From the NCBI GenBank assembly GCA_963663545.1, contig OY760505.1, positions 3,360,001 through 3,424,000 on the forward strand: DNA of 64,000 nucleotides, written 5' to 3'. Source of the DNA: Candidatus Delongbacteria bacterium (GTDB lineage Bacteria; CAIWAD01). This document shows positions 18,601-28,624 of this stretch, one piece after another (position 1 is the stretch's first letter; each line of letters begins with the position of its first letter). The notes under the pieces were generated by a model. That model saw only the letters and a list, made by a program, of their open reading frames with translations, was not told the DNA's origin and searched no databases. The translations under genes were made by a program, and so were the position numbers.

Positions 18601-20939
18601 ATTCCTTCGAGATTCTCAATTACACCTTCCCGCCCTCGAGCTTCAACGCTACCGATGGCGAGATTGATGTAGTTGAGTTGACCTGGGGTGTGCCCCGTGA
18701 TCCGAGTGCCTTCTTTGAAGGTTTCGAGAATGGTATTCCTGCCACTTGGACCAACCTGAATGTGGACGCCGGTAGCCAGATGTGGACGGCCTACAATTCT
18801 GGTGTGTATGAAGGTTCCTATTGCGCCGCTGTGCGTTATGAGTCCAGCTCGCTGGTCAACAACGACTGGCTGATCACGCCGGCCCTCGATGTTACCGCCG
18901 CTTCCGTCCTGAGCTTCATGACGAAGCGTTCCGGCACCTACTATCCCGATGCCATGGATGTGGCCATTTCCACCACGGATACCGATCCTGCCAGCTTCAC
19001 CACCGTGCTGCAGACGATCAGCGCGGATGCTGCCACTTATCATGAAGTAGCGATCGCTCTGAGCGCCTATGATGGTATGACCGTCTACATCGGCTTCCAT
19101 TACTATGGTGACGATGAGATGCGTCGTTACATCGATAACGTAGAGGTTACTGGCATTGCGACACGGGCTGCCGTTGCCAGCGAGTGGAGCACGCCGGTCG
19201 AGGCTGACGCGGCTGCCATTCGTGCCGAAGTAAAGGGTAAGAATGTCAGCGCTGCTGAGCTGAACGCTCTGCTCAACCCGGCTGACAATGCTTCCCGCGC
19301 TTTCCTGAACTATGAAGTGTATCGCGATGATGTGGCCATTGCTACCACCGCGAATCTGTTCTATGATGACACTCCGCCCGTGGCCGAGCAGGTCTATAAC
19401 TACTACGTGAAGGCTATTTGGGACGGCGGTACTTCCGACGCTTCCGATAGTGACACTGGTTACTTCATCTTGGAAGGTCCGACCCTGACCCACACCGCCT
19501 TGGATGACACTGAATTTGCTGGTCCCTATGCCGTGACCGTTGACGCTGTCAGCGTCAGTGGCACGACCGTTACGGGTGTCAGCCTGTTCTGGAGCCTCGA
19601 TGGTGTGAACTTCACCGAGATCGAGATGACGCAGACCACCGCTCCGGCCTGGGACGCCCAGCTGCCCGCCGTTGCGGCACCTGCCGAGTACGAGTACTAT
19701 TTCGTGGCTGTTGATGATGCCCCGAGCAGCACCACCAGCTATTCTTACTGGTTCACCCTGTATGATTATACAGCGGCTCCCCAGAACTTCATCGCTTCCG
19801 ATGGCCGTCCCGATGACATCTATCTGGATTGGGATTCCCCGGTCACCACTGTGACGATGGAGAGCCTGGTTGAGCAGGGCATGAGCAAGGAAGAAGCCGA
19901 GGCCGTGATCAATGAGAACGCCTCCCGTGACTTCCAGACCTACGTTGTGTATCGTGACGGTGTGGCCATTGACAGCACCACCAACACCTACTACTACGAT
20001 TACACTGGTGTCGAGTATCAGGTGTACGAGTACACCGTGACCGCCCTGTGGGACGGTGGCGAGTCTGCCGGTGCCACGGATACCGGTTACTTCGGTCGTG
20101 ACACCCAGGGTGGACCTGATGCCTTCGGTTATCGCTGGATCAACAGTGTAAATGCTGCTGGCCCCGTGTACAACTGGATCGAGGCCGGTGCCGGCGTCGG
20201 TACGGAGCTGGATACTCTGACGGGTCATGATGATGCCCGTTATGAGTTCACCCTGCCGCGTGCCTTCAACTTCTACGGTAACGACTACACCCAGATGATG
20301 ATCAGCGTCAACGGTTGGGTTGCTTTCGATACGGATTCAACCGGCGCTATCTGGAACAACAAGCTGTTGCCGGATACTCTTGGCACGAATCCTGACCTGA
20401 TGATCTGCCCCTTCTGGGATGATTTGGGTACGCTCACCGGTGCCGTGTACACCTACGATGACGCTGCCAACGGTCGCTTCATTATCCAGTGGGATGCTGT
20501 TGGTCGTCTGTCGGGAACCACCCCGTCCTACACCTTCCAGCTGATCCTGAATGACAATGGCGAAATTCTGGTGCAGTACAATTCCATGACTGGAATCGTC
20601 AACAGTGCCACTGTTGGTATTGAGAACGAGGATGCCACCATCGGTCTGAGCGCGAACTACAACGACGCTGGTGGTCTGATTGCTGACGGTGTTGCGGTTC
20701 TGTTCACCACGGCTTCCGATTGTGCTGAAGCTGTGATTGACATCGCTTGCTCTGGCAACAATGCCGTGCTGAGCTGGGCTGCTGTGGCCGGTGCAACCGA
20801 CTACCGCGTCTTGGCCGCCACGGAAGCCTATGGCACCTACACTGAGCTTGGTGTCACTGGTGGAGCCCTGACCTACACCGATTCGGGTGCAGTGGTTGCC
20901 GGTTACAAGTTCTACAAGGTTGTGGCTGTTTGCGAATAA
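15606..20939 (+). CDS. Giant secreted multidomain surface protein (Ig/FN3, cleaved-adhesin-like, GGPD-xFGY modules) with Cys-bracketed C-terminal domain
   Basis: Signal peptide; repeated ESFExG.P.W...NDWL modules, YNVYRD FN3 halves and GGPD modules; ends FYKVVAVCE. Confidence 0.85.
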   Translation: MKRFLVLGAYGILAATLFAGVAYATQSTVVPAGGALVPTGTSAQMRAPSSNAPHVGVRNSDCSLAEPILTSAGTHTVPVGGYQYFSYTGIGVGLNIETNLAGTDCDSDLYIFSDCDHLVDELYYVDGISPDYRAYLTDGSFTFEAGVDYIIAFTEYYGDGGNIEFTVSEGVLYPVPANDECVNAIAVNTYPSTVTGTTNGATIDCPENEDIDDWNAVWYAIDLPNADNDVWIDYCGMTESFSTMGIILLENCGCEEEPLIAPYYGWDWDCGDTTTKPYAFWTQLAGPTTLYLPIYLGGGMDFSFNIDVTPANYAPTIDNLTILPHTEVAGPYTVSADVVDPESGLTDVSLVYAVNGGTEVTLSMTAVGDTYSAAIPAVDLGDEVTYAVTATDGFWTTTSAAASFEYRAVQWPPTSFAATEGEFGDVSLTWSAPVMPPPANMESFESGMPADWTYYNEDGDSYHWEAYATAVAYDGGYVARVQYNSSGNNDWLVTNARQGTATSEITYQLANYYSSYPESYEVYAMASATVPTAADFVASGTLLTSGTLPTGTAWHEFSHDLSAFDGQQVYIAFRCTSVDEYYLYLDAVVFDDLDAVTVVASAGEPASTDNDLEGMMQKLGLSKDQAMARIAAEQQIESTRAMLGYNVYRESVLIATTMDLFYDDVPPLPETDYTYYVTAVYDAGESDPSDTAVGSYLVRPTSGGPDLLGYTWIHSDDASGPAYAWTDIVATGTAATLTSDDSVDGPFAIGFEFPFYENSYTEFYVNSNGLVTFGASSTAFSNVQLPNTATPNNLIAAFWDDLNPTASDPDGTVYYLYDSINETLTVQYNLVANGGTVEFAFQTILMADGNILVQIQNVDENDVVGATVGIENADGTSGLSANFNGDGCLLADGVAILFERPDADVFPPALVVTPLDDTEITSAPYTVSAEITDASGIGSAVLYYQVSAGGYTSVAMTNTTGDTYTADIPAQTAGALIDYYVEATDLGLPTANTATSSTYSFEILNYTFPPSSFNATDGEIDVVELTWGVPRDPSAFFEGFENGIPATWTNLNVDAGSQMWTAYNSGVYEGSYCAAVRYESSSLVNNDWLITPALDVTAASVLSFMTKRSGTYYPDAMDVAISTTDTDPASFTTVLQTISADAATYHEVAIALSAYDGMTVYIGFHYYGDDEMRRYIDNVEVTGIATRAAVASEWSTPVEADAAAIRAEVKGKNVSAAELNALLNPADNASRAFLNYEVYRDDVAIATTANLFYDDTPPVAEQVYNYYVKAIWDGGTSDASDSDTGYFILEGPTLTHTALDDTEFAGPYAVTVDAVSVSGTTVTGVSLFWSLDGVNFTEIEMTQTTAPAWDAQLPAVAAPAEYEYYFVAVDDAPSSTTSYSYWFTLYDYTAAPQNFIASDGRPDDIYLDWDSPVTTVTMESLVEQGMSKEEAEAVINENASRDFQTYVVYRDGVAIDSTTNTYYYDYTGVEYQVYEYTVTALWDGGESAGATDTGYFGRDTQGGPDAFGYRWINSVNAAGPVYNWIEAGAGVGTELDTLTGHDDARYEFTLPRAFNFYGNDYTQMMISVNGWVAFDTDSTGAIWNNKLLPDTLGTNPDLMICPFWDDLGTLTGAVYTYDDAANGRFIIQWDAVGRLSGTTPSYTFQLILNDNGEILVQYNSMTGIVNSATVGIENEDATIGLSANYNDAGGLIADGVAVLFTTASDCAEAVIDIACSGNNAVLSWAAVAGATDYRVLAATEAYGTYTELGVTGGALTYTDSGAVVAGYKFYKVVAVCE

Positions 20940-20979
20940 GCAAACTGCAGTAGCTGCCTAGCAGCACCTTGACTTCCCT

Positions 20980-21010
20980 GCCCTGCCTGCTTTTGCAGGC
21001 AGGGCTTTTT
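20980..21010 (+). terminator. Intrinsic terminator
   Basis: gccctgcctgc-tttt-gcaggcagggc-ttttt. Confidence 0.8.
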
Positions 21011-21095
21011 CTATCGCTTGTGTTTTTCCGCTTATGAGTCACGGATTCCGGTTTCGAAATGCCGATGCACTGACCATGTGATCAGGAGGTCGTGA

Positions 21096-21905
21096 ATGAA
21101 AGCGGTTGAGCCAGAACATCGCCAGGAAGGCAAGTTGAAACGTCGCGCCTATGAGGCCGAATTGTCGCGCCTGCAAATCGAATTGGTCAAGCTGCAGGAA
21201 TGGGTGCGTCACGCTGGCTTGAAGGTGGTCGTGCTTTTTGAGGGCCGGGACGCGGCAGGCAAGGGCGGAACCATCAAACGTATCACGCAGAGTCTAAATC
21301 CTCGCATTTGCCGGGTAGTCGCTCTGGGCACTCCGACGGAGCGCGAGAAGAGCCAGTGGTACTTCCAGCGCTACGCCCCGCACTTGCCAGCAAAGGGAGA
21401 GATGGTGCTCTTTGACCGTAGCTGGTACAACCGTGCGGGCGTTGAACACGTCATGGGCTTCTGCACGCAGGACGAATACAAGGAGTTTCTGCGCACCTGT
21501 CCCGAGTTCGAGGCCATGCTGGTGCGTAGTGGCATCCTGCTGGTCAAGTACTGGTTTTCCGTCTCCGACGAAGAGCAGGAGCGGCGCTTCCGCAAACGGC
21601 TTACCGACCCTACCCGGCGCTGGAAACTGAGCCCGATGGATCTGGAATCCCGCGCGCGCTGGGTCGAGTACTCAAAGGCCAAGGATGCCATGCTGGAGCA
21701 TACCCACAGCAAACAGGCGCCCTGGTTTGTTGTACCCGCGGACAACAAGCGTAAGGCTCGTCTAAATTGTATCACGCACCTGCTCAGCCTGATTCCCTAC
21801 AAGGATCTGACTCCCGACGCCATTGAGCTTCCGCCCCGTCAACCGGCGGCCAACTACAAGCGCCCCCCCTTTGACAAGCAGAACTTCGTTCCGGAAATCT
21901 GGTGA
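21096..21905 (+). CDS. ppk2: Polyphosphate kinase 2
   Basis: FEGRDAAGKGG, FDRSWYNR and WKLSPMD motifs. Confidence 0.95.
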   Translation: MKAVEPEHRQEGKLKRRAYEAELSRLQIELVKLQEWVRHAGLKVVVLFEGRDAAGKGGTIKRITQSLNPRICRVVALGTPTEREKSQWYFQRYAPHLPAKGEMVLFDRSWYNRAGVEHVMGFCTQDEYKEFLRTCPEFEAMLVRSGILLVKYWFSVSDEEQERRFRKRLTDPTRRWKLSPMDLESRARWVEYSKAKDAMLEHTHSKQAPWFVVPADNKRKARLNCITHLLSLIPYKDLTPDAIELPPRQPAANYKRPPFDKQNFVPEIW

Positions 21906-22007
21906 TACATGGTTGCGGGTTGATGCAAGCTGTGCTCACTGCTATACTAATGACATCAGTTTTCCAGCATCCGTCAACACAAGGGATGCGCAACACGGGA
22001 GTTGAAC

Positions 22008-22418
22008 ATGAGCGATCTGCTGCGCGAAGAGGAAGTGACGCTGGAGCGCGTCGAGGGTATTTTCAAGGCTGCCTACATGGAAGTGAGTCGTGATAACGAT
22101 GGCGACCTCTGCGTAGCTGAATCCGGTGTACGTGCTTTCGTCAAGGTGGACGAAGAGCGCAAACTCATCACCATGTTTTCCCTTTGGGGCATGCGCGAAG
22201 AGGCAGCGGAAGCCGACAAATTGAGTTTCATCAATTCGCTGAACGACGGTCTGATTCTGGTGCGCTTCTGCATGCCGCGCCCCGCCACTCTGTGGTGTGA
22301 CTATCAGTTGATGTATGCCGGTGGTCTGAATTCCTATGGCCTGGTCATGACCGCAAAGCGCTTCCTCAACATCGTCAAGGGCGCTGTCATGAAGGATGAG
22401 AGCAATCTGATCTCGTAG
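22008..22418 (+). CDS. YbjN-domain (T3SS chaperone-fold) protein
   Basis: ~136 aa; DNDGDL...FINSLND...VRF pattern. Confidence 0.6.
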   Translation: MSDLLREEEVTLERVEGIFKAAYMEVSRDNDGDLCVAESGVRAFVKVDEERKLITMFSLWGMREEAAEADKLSFINSLNDGLILVRFCMPRPATLWCDYQLMYAGGLNSYGLVMTAKRFLNIVKGAVMKDESNLIS

Positions 22419-22467
22419 ACGAACAGAGTGCGCGGTAGTCAAACCGTGACACAGCAAAGGACAAGCG

Positions 22468-22489
22468 AGCGGGCTTCGGCCCGCTTTTT
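22468..22489 (+). terminator. Intrinsic terminator
   Basis: agcgggc-ttcg-gcccgct-tttt. Confidence 0.7.
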
Positions 22490-22580
22490 CTATCTGCAGA
22501 GAGATAAGCGCGACTACTTGTGCTTTGGTCAGTGCAGGTCTCCTGTTACATTAACCAGCTACAACGAAGAGGAGATTTGC

Positions 22581-23255
22581 ATGAGGCAGCTTGTTCTGTT
22601 TCTCGGCCTGCTGTTGCCGCTCAGTCTGCTGGCCGCAGAGTGGGAGCTCCGCAAAGAAGAGGATGGCATTGTTGTTCACACACGCGATGTCCAAGGGCAG
22701 AGCTTCGCAGAGTACCGGGGGCGCTGTGTACTCGAGTGTGAGCTGACCGAAGCTCTTGCCGTGTTACACGACGTGGCAGCCTTTAACGACTGGATGCCGG
22801 ACACCGAAAACGCACGCCTTTTGCAGCGTAGCAACTGCGATCAGGTGTATGCGCTGGAAACACCCGCGCCGTGGCCGGTCAGCCGCCGGGACGGCGTGTA
22901 TCGCTATCATTTTGAGCGTGATACAACTTTGGCGTTTGTCCGCATAGCCATTTCAGCACTGCCTGAAGAGCTGCCGGAGCAGAAGGGTTGCCAGCGTGTG
23001 GTTGCCGCTAACGGTTTCTGGCTGCTTCGTCCGCTTGAGGCAGGCGGGCTTCAAGTGACCTACCAGCTGCTGGTCAATCCCGGTGGCAGCCTACCGGCCT
23101 GGCTTGCCAATACCAAGGCCGTATCACGCCCCTATGAGATGCTGCACCATTTGCGGGCAAGAGTTGCAGCAAAGGCCGCCTCGACAGAAGAGACGGTGGC
23201 GCTGTGTGATACGGATCTGCACAACTGGATCGTGAAAGTGGACTCAGAGGAGTAG
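22581..23255 (+). CDS. Secreted START-domain lipid-binding protein
   Basis: Signal peptide; WELRKEEDGIVV, PWPVSRRD and NPGGSLPAWLAN motifs. Confidence 0.85.
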   Translation: MRQLVLFLGLLLPLSLLAAEWELRKEEDGIVVHTRDVQGQSFAEYRGRCVLECELTEALAVLHDVAAFNDWMPDTENARLLQRSNCDQVYALETPAPWPVSRRDGVYRYHFERDTTLAFVRIAISALPEELPEQKGCQRVVAANGFWLLRPLEAGGLQVTYQLLVNPGGSLPAWLANTKAVSRPYEMLHHLRARVAAKAASTEETVALCDTDLHNWIVKVDSEE

Positions 23256-23257
23256 TT

Positions 23258-23773
23258 GTGTCACAGCAGGACTTTCCGGCCAACCCCGTCAATGTGATGC
23301 ACTTTCTGCGTATGGTGCAGGCGCATCACGTTCGCCTGAGTGCGATGGCGGATCAGAAAGCCAGCATGCTCATTGCCACCTGCTCCATCATCCTGACTCT
23401 GATCGGCGGCTACGTCCGTTCCCACGGATTCTCTGCGCCGCTGATCATTGTCGCCGTGTTTCCTACCGTAAGCGTCGTTATGGGAATCCTGGCGGCCACA
23501 CCGCGTAATACAAATTTCAACCGCCACAGCAAGAACCTGAATCCGCTGTTCTTTGGCCATTTCACCTTGCTGGACAAGGACGACTACCTCACCCGCATGG
23601 ACCAGATTATGAGCACCGAGGAGAGTCTGCATCGCGCCATGCTGGACGACATCTTCGGGCTGGGCCTTGTGCTGCGAAAGAAGTACCGCTTGCTTCGTGT
23701 GAGCTATCTGGTTTTCTTGGCGGGTTTTTTTGCTGCCGCACTGGTGGGCGCGTTTTCTTTCCTGTTCAACTAG
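23258..23773 (+). CDS. DUF5706 / Pycsar-effector-like membrane protein
   Basis: HVRLSAMADQKA, NPLFFGHF and LRKKYRLLR.SY motifs; three TM segments. Confidence 0.75.
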   Translation: MSQQDFPANPVNVMHFLRMVQAHHVRLSAMADQKASMLIATCSIILTLIGGYVRSHGFSAPLIIVAVFPTVSVVMGILAATPRNTNFNRHSKNLNPLFFGHFTLLDKDDYLTRMDQIMSTEESLHRAMLDDIFGLGLVLRKKYRLLRVSYLVFLAGFFAAALVGAFSFLFN

Positions 23774-23848
23774 TGCGCCAGGTTTGCGCTGCCGTGTCAC
23801 ACCAGCGCTTCCATGATCGTGTTTCCATGACAGAACCAAGGGGATAAG

Positions 23849-26800
23849 ATGTTTGCTAAACCTACCTACCTGCTGGCCGCGTTGGCAGTGGTGACTCTGG
23901 CTCAGGCGCAGATTTCCTGGACCGATCCCGTGGCACCACAAATCGGCCAGGACCTGACCGTGTATTACGACAGCAACGAAGGAGCTGTCCCGGCGGGCAA
24001 CGTGCGCCTGCATTGGGGCGTGTACGACCCCGAGACAACCAACTGGATCTCGCCTCCTACTGCCAATTGGCCTACTGGAAGTGCGCTGCACACCGATGGC
24101 GTAGCTCTTCAGAGTCCGATGACAAGTGAGGGCGACGGTGTGTACTCGGTGCTGCTTCCTTCCAACGAGCCCATGGAGCACATCGCCTACGTTTTTACCG
24201 ACGGCACGAACTGGGAGAGCAACGGCGGCAGTAACTGGGGTGTGGATTACGTGGAAGAAGGCGTTGCCTGTTGGTGGACGCCCGAGGAGCCCGAAACCGG
24301 TGATACAGTGACACTGTATTACGATGCCGGACCGGGCACGCTGCCCGATGGCGCGACGGTGCAATTGCACTGGGGTGTCAACGAGTTTGGTTTCGGCAAC
24401 TGGAACCTGCCGCCGGAGGCAATGTGGCCCGCGGGAACCGTCTCGCAGGGATCCGCCGCCCGTACGCCGATGGTATCACAGGGCGACGGCCTTTGGAGCC
24501 TGAGTATCACGCCGGTTGATACTATCAATACGGTGCATTGGGTGTTTACCGATGGCAGCAATTGGGACAACAATGAGGGCGACAATTGGAACCTGAACAT
24601 CGGCGATGCACCGGTGGTGTACGACGTGCCGGTTCACTTCGAGCTGAATCCGAGCAGCGCCTTTTACAGCGGGCCGACGACCATCACGGCCGTGACCGTT
24701 GCCGGACAGTTCAACAGCTGGAACATGAGTGCTGATCCGCTGACGGATCGCGGTGACGGCGTCTGGACCGGCGATATCACCATGCAGGAAGGCGTTTACA
24801 ACTACAAGTTCGTGGTCAACGGTAGTAGCTGGAACTCGGATCCGGACAACCCGCAGGTCAATTCCGACGACAACAACAACTCCATCGTCGAGGTGGTTGC
24901 AGCCGATCATCCGCGGCTTGCCCGCTTCAACCTGCCCTATGGCCGTTGCTACTCGGAGACTCAATCTGTTGATCTGGCGGCTACATTTTATCCTACCGAT
25001 ACGCTGGCCGTCTTCGACTGGGAGGCAACTTCCGTAATCCATAACGGTACGTCGCTAGCCTTTGACTACGACTCGGATACGATCTATCTGAACGTTGACC
25101 TGACCACGGGAATGAATACGGTCAGCTTCATTGTCTACGACGAGAACGGTGGCCTCTGTACCACCGACTGGCGCGCCATTGTATCACCAAGCGGTTGGTA
25201 TCACGCCGATTTTCCCGAAGACGACGATGGCCCAGGTTCCTACACATATCCGACCCCCTTCGACAGTTACACCGATATCGCTTATGTGGGACTGAGCGAG
25301 GCCGCCGACGGCGACAGCCTGCACATGCGCATTATGATGATGAGCACGCCTTCGGACTACACCAAGCTCGCCTGTCTGATTCTGCCGACCCTGGACAATC
25401 AGCCCGAGAGCGATCATATCGCCGAAGAGCTCAATACGCCCGCGTGGTCCGGTGCTGGCGGCGTGTTCTTGAGCCTGATGGTGCCGACTGCGAGCAGCCT
25501 GGATGAAGAGCAGGATCTGCGTCTTGTGTACAGCGCCGATCCATTTGAAGCCAGCGATCCCATTCCCGTTTGGGTCTCCGGTTCGGCCATCCTGGCTTCG
25601 CTGCCGATGGATCTGCTGGAAAGTCGTCTTGGTGGCTGGGCTGCCGAATGGTACTTCGCGGTCTGGTCGATGATCGACGGTGTGCAACCGGTGAGTGGCG
25701 GCTGCTTCGAGATTGGTGCCGCCAATGGCGGTGTGGCCGAAGCCTTCGATACCGACGTTTACGATCTCGCCTTTACCAACACGCGTTGGGAAGAGAATCG
25801 CATCCTGGGCAACAGCTTCCTCAGCCGCACGGCGACCATCGATGGCATGGGCCGCGGTTTTGCCGGCATTCTGCCTGAGCAGGTCGGCCCGCACATGATG
25901 GCTCCCGGCCCGCGTTTGCAGATCCTGACCCAGGGCGCCAGCAGCGTGCTTTCCTGGCATACCATTGCCGGCACAGCCAGTGACAACCTGGAAGGCCAGG
26001 TGGGCCTGGTGCGCACCAGCGCTCAGGGCAGTGATACAAACTGGGTGGACGCGAACGATGGCGAGTGGAGCTACAGCCTGAGCCTGCACGAGGGCGTCAA
26101 CACCTTCCAGGCCGTGGGACAGGACGGCGAAGGCGAGTGGGGCAGCAGCGCCACACTGGATTACATCTACAATGTGAATCACGCGCCGGTGCCCAACATT
26201 GCCATGAGCACCACCAACGAGGGCTACATCAGCCTGAGCGGCAGCAACACGATGGACGTGGATGGCGACATCACGAGCTGGCTCTGGGAGGCCGAAGCGG
26301 GCAACCCCGAGACGCTGACGCTGGTGAACCCCACTTCGATGAATGCGCGCGTAGAGGAGCTGCCCCAGACCGACGGCGAGTATTGGCTGCGCCTGACGGC
26401 GACCGACAGCGCGGGAAACAGCGACTACGCCCGTTGCCTTTTCGAGATGGAGAGCGGATCGGCGCATCTGGTGGACAGCGACGGCTTCCCGCTGTGGGTA
26501 CGCGACGCCATCATCTACGAGATCTTCGTGCGCAGTTTTGATTCGGCCCGCACTCTGGCCGCCGTCACCGATCGCCTGGACGAGATCGCCGAGTTGGGTG
26601 TCACCTGCATCTGGTTCATGCCCATCTTTGAAGGTCCTTCGGATCACGGCTACGAAATCACCGACTATTACAGCATTGAAGCCGATTACGGATCGCTCGA
26701 GGATCTCGAAGAGCTGGTACAGGCCGCCCATGATCTGGGACTACGCGTGGTGCTGGACATGGTCATCAACCACTCGGGCATCGGCCACGCCTGGATGCAG

Positions 26801-28087
26801 AATGCACAGGCCTTCGGCGAGAACACGCAGTACTACAATTACTACATGTGGAATGCCGACGGCTCGCACCAGTACTACTACGACTGGTACAGCCTGCCCA
26901 ATTTCAACGTCAGCAACAGTGATCTGCGCCACGACATCAACGAGATGTGCCGTTACTGGGTCGAGGATATCGGCGTGGACGGCTATCGCTGCGATGTGGC
27001 CTGGGGTCCCATGGAGCGCGACGCTTCCTTCTGGAACGACTGGCGCAAGACCATCCGTCGCAAGCGTCCCGATCTGCTGTTGTTGGCAGAAGCGGGCGGA
27101 ACGGATTTCAGCATCTACGACGATCGTTTCAACCTGGCCTACGATTGGGACCTCTACCACAACGTGATACAAAACATGGACGTTGTATCACCGAGTACGG
27201 TGCAGGATCGCATCAGCAATGTGGGTTTCTGGTTCCCCGACAACGGCCTGCCTTTCCGCTTCCTCGAGAATCACGACGAGGAGCGCTTCGCGCTGAATCA
27301 CACGGTGCAGCAGTCGAAGATGACCCAGGCGCTGATCATGAGTGCACCCGGCGTGCCGCTGATCTACGCCGGTCAGGAAGTGGGGGAGACCTCTCAGCGC
27401 GGACTCATCGACTGGAGTGACGATGAGAACATGCGTCCCTACTTCCAGCGTCTGTGCGCCATTCGCAATGAGTTCGTTGCTCTGCGCACCAACCGCGCGC
27501 AGCAGTTGACGGTGACGACGCCTTCGCAGGTCTACGCCATGGCGCGTGTTGCCGATCAGCCCGAAAGCGATGGCGTGGTGCTGGCCGCTTTCAATCTTAG
27601 CGACAACGACCGTGACGAAACGCTGACCTTGACGCCAGCGGAGTGGGGCATGGAAACGGGTCAGTGGTACGCAACCGATCTGATCACCGGTGAGACCTGG
27701 GACTTCAGCTCGGGCTTGTCCACCAGCTTTGACATCGAGATGAATCCCTGGGATTGTCGCCTGCTCTGGGTCGGTCCGACGACGGCTTTGCTGCCCGATA
27801 CCGAGACGGGCACTCAGCCGGTGGAATTCAAACTGGGCAAGGCCTATCCCAATCCCTTCAATCCGACAACGACCATTCCCTTCCAATTGCCGGTGCCCGA
27901 AGAGCATTTGCGCCTGGCCGTCTATGATTTGCTGGGTCGCGAAGTGGAGGTCCTGCTGAGTGGCCCCGTGGCCGCCGGCAGTCACATGATTACCTGGCAG
28001 GCCAGCCGCTACGCTTCGGGTGTGTATTTCGTGCGTCTGGAAGGAAGCCGTCAGATGGATGTGCAGAAAGTGCTGCTCTTGAAGTGA
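23849..28087 (+). CDS. Secreted GH13 alpha-amylase-family enzyme with multiple carbohydrate-binding modules and T9SS-type CTD
   Basis: IYEIFVRSF, DMVINH, GYRCDVA, LLAE and FLENHDE motifs; CBM48-like VAGQFNSW...YKFVVNG; PNPFNP...KVLLLK tail. Confidence 0.9.
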   Translation: MFAKPTYLLAALAVVTLAQAQISWTDPVAPQIGQDLTVYYDSNEGAVPAGNVRLHWGVYDPETTNWISPPTANWPTGSALHTDGVALQSPMTSEGDGVYSVLLPSNEPMEHIAYVFTDGTNWESNGGSNWGVDYVEEGVACWWTPEEPETGDTVTLYYDAGPGTLPDGATVQLHWGVNEFGFGNWNLPPEAMWPAGTVSQGSAARTPMVSQGDGLWSLSITPVDTINTVHWVFTDGSNWDNNEGDNWNLNIGDAPVVYDVPVHFELNPSSAFYSGPTTITAVTVAGQFNSWNMSADPLTDRGDGVWTGDITMQEGVYNYKFVVNGSSWNSDPDNPQVNSDDNNNSIVEVVAADHPRLARFNLPYGRCYSETQSVDLAATFYPTDTLAVFDWEATSVIHNGTSLAFDYDSDTIYLNVDLTTGMNTVSFIVYDENGGLCTTDWRAIVSPSGWYHADFPEDDDGPGSYTYPTPFDSYTDIAYVGLSEAADGDSLHMRIMMMSTPSDYTKLACLILPTLDNQPESDHIAEELNTPAWSGAGGVFLSLMVPTASSLDEEQDLRLVYSADPFEASDPIPVWVSGSAILASLPMDLLESRLGGWAAEWYFAVWSMIDGVQPVSGGCFEIGAANGGVAEAFDTDVYDLAFTNTRWEENRILGNSFLSRTATIDGMGRGFAGILPEQVGPHMMAPGPRLQILTQGASSVLSWHTIAGTASDNLEGQVGLVRTSAQGSDTNWVDANDGEWSYSLSLHEGVNTFQAVGQDGEGEWGSSATLDYIYNVNHAPVPNIAMSTTNEGYISLSGSNTMDVDGDITSWLWEAEAGNPETLTLVNPTSMNARVEELPQTDGEYWLRLTATDSAGNSDYARCLFEMESGSAHLVDSDGFPLWVRDAIIYEIFVRSFDSARTLAAVTDRLDEIAELGVTCIWFMPIFEGPSDHGYEITDYYSIEADYGSLEDLEELVQAAHDLGLRVVLDMVINHSGIGHAWMQNAQAFGENTQYYNYYMWNADGSHQYYYDWYSLPNFNVSNSDLRHDINEMCRYWVEDIGVDGYRCDVAWGPMERDASFWNDWRKTIRRKRPDLLLLAEAGGTDFSIYDDRFNLAYDWDLYHNVIQNMDVVSPSTVQDRISNVGFWFPDNGLPFRFLENHDEERFALNHTVQQSKMTQALIMSAPGVPLIYAGQEVGETSQRGLIDWSDDENMRPYFQRLCAIRNEFVALRTNRAQQLTVTTPSQVYAMARVADQPESDGVVLAAFNLSDNDRDETLTLTPAEWGMETGQWYATDLITGETWDFSSGLSTSFDIEMNPWDCRLLWVGPTTALLPDTETGTQPVEFKLGKAYPNPFNPTTTIPFQLPVPEEHLRLAVYDLLGREVEVLLSGPVAAGSHMITWQASRYASGVYFVRLEGSRQMDVQKVLLLK

Positions 28088-28134
28088 TACAAAAGGAGTG
28101 GAATCAAGAGCCGCTTGGTTCCACGTGTGCATGC

Positions 28135-28171
28135 AAAGCCCCCGATCCCGGAAAGGAATCGGGGGCTTTTT
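28135..28171 (+). terminator. Intrinsic terminator
   Basis: aaagcccccgat...atcgggggcttt followed by Ts. Confidence 0.75.
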
Positions 28172-28459
28172 CGTTGCTCTTCATCCATGCTCTTGTAACA
28201 CATGGGCTACGCAGCGCGGATTCGTGCTCTCTGGAATCGATTGTGATACTTCACATTAAAAAAGCCGGAAATCTGGATTTCGCGTGAGCCTCAGGGCGAG
28301 TCGGTGAACACGACAGGCGGGATTCGCGAAACGCTGGAACCCAGGATCGAGCTTCCGGAGGGCTGCCTAAGCGCAGAAGGCGCCTGTTTCGTAATGAAAG
28401 CCTGACACTTGTCGCAGGGCGGCGATTTCCAGTCCTGGCCCGGGCGGGAATGCCTGCAG

Positions 28460-28476
28460 AAGGCACGGCGCTTGCC
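28460..28476 (+). promoter_or_regulatory. Putative sigma54 promoter
   Basis: AAGGCACGGCGCTTGCC, near-consensus GGCACG-N4-TTGC. Confidence 0.65.
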
Positions 28477-28624
28477 TGTACATCCTCGCCGTTCCGTGGA
28501 CGAAAGTTCGGCTCAACCTCCTACATCCTGCTGTGATACTTCCAATCCTACATCCGGAGTAGACCGGTGTATCACAGCAACCGGAGAGTGCAAGCTCTTT
28601 GGTGTTACAATTCTGGAGGTATTC

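Noticed and set aside
18567..20228. Long antisense ORFs (also 25184-26731, 32844-35222, 35457-37139, 38803-39984, 61196-62431)
   Set aside because: They mirror well-supported genes on the other strand; expected from codon bias in GC-rich DNA.
28285..28515. Possible 6S-like RNA from end-pairing gagcc/ggctc
   Set aside because: Pairing is short and ambiguous, and the region contains a better-supported sigma54 promoter.
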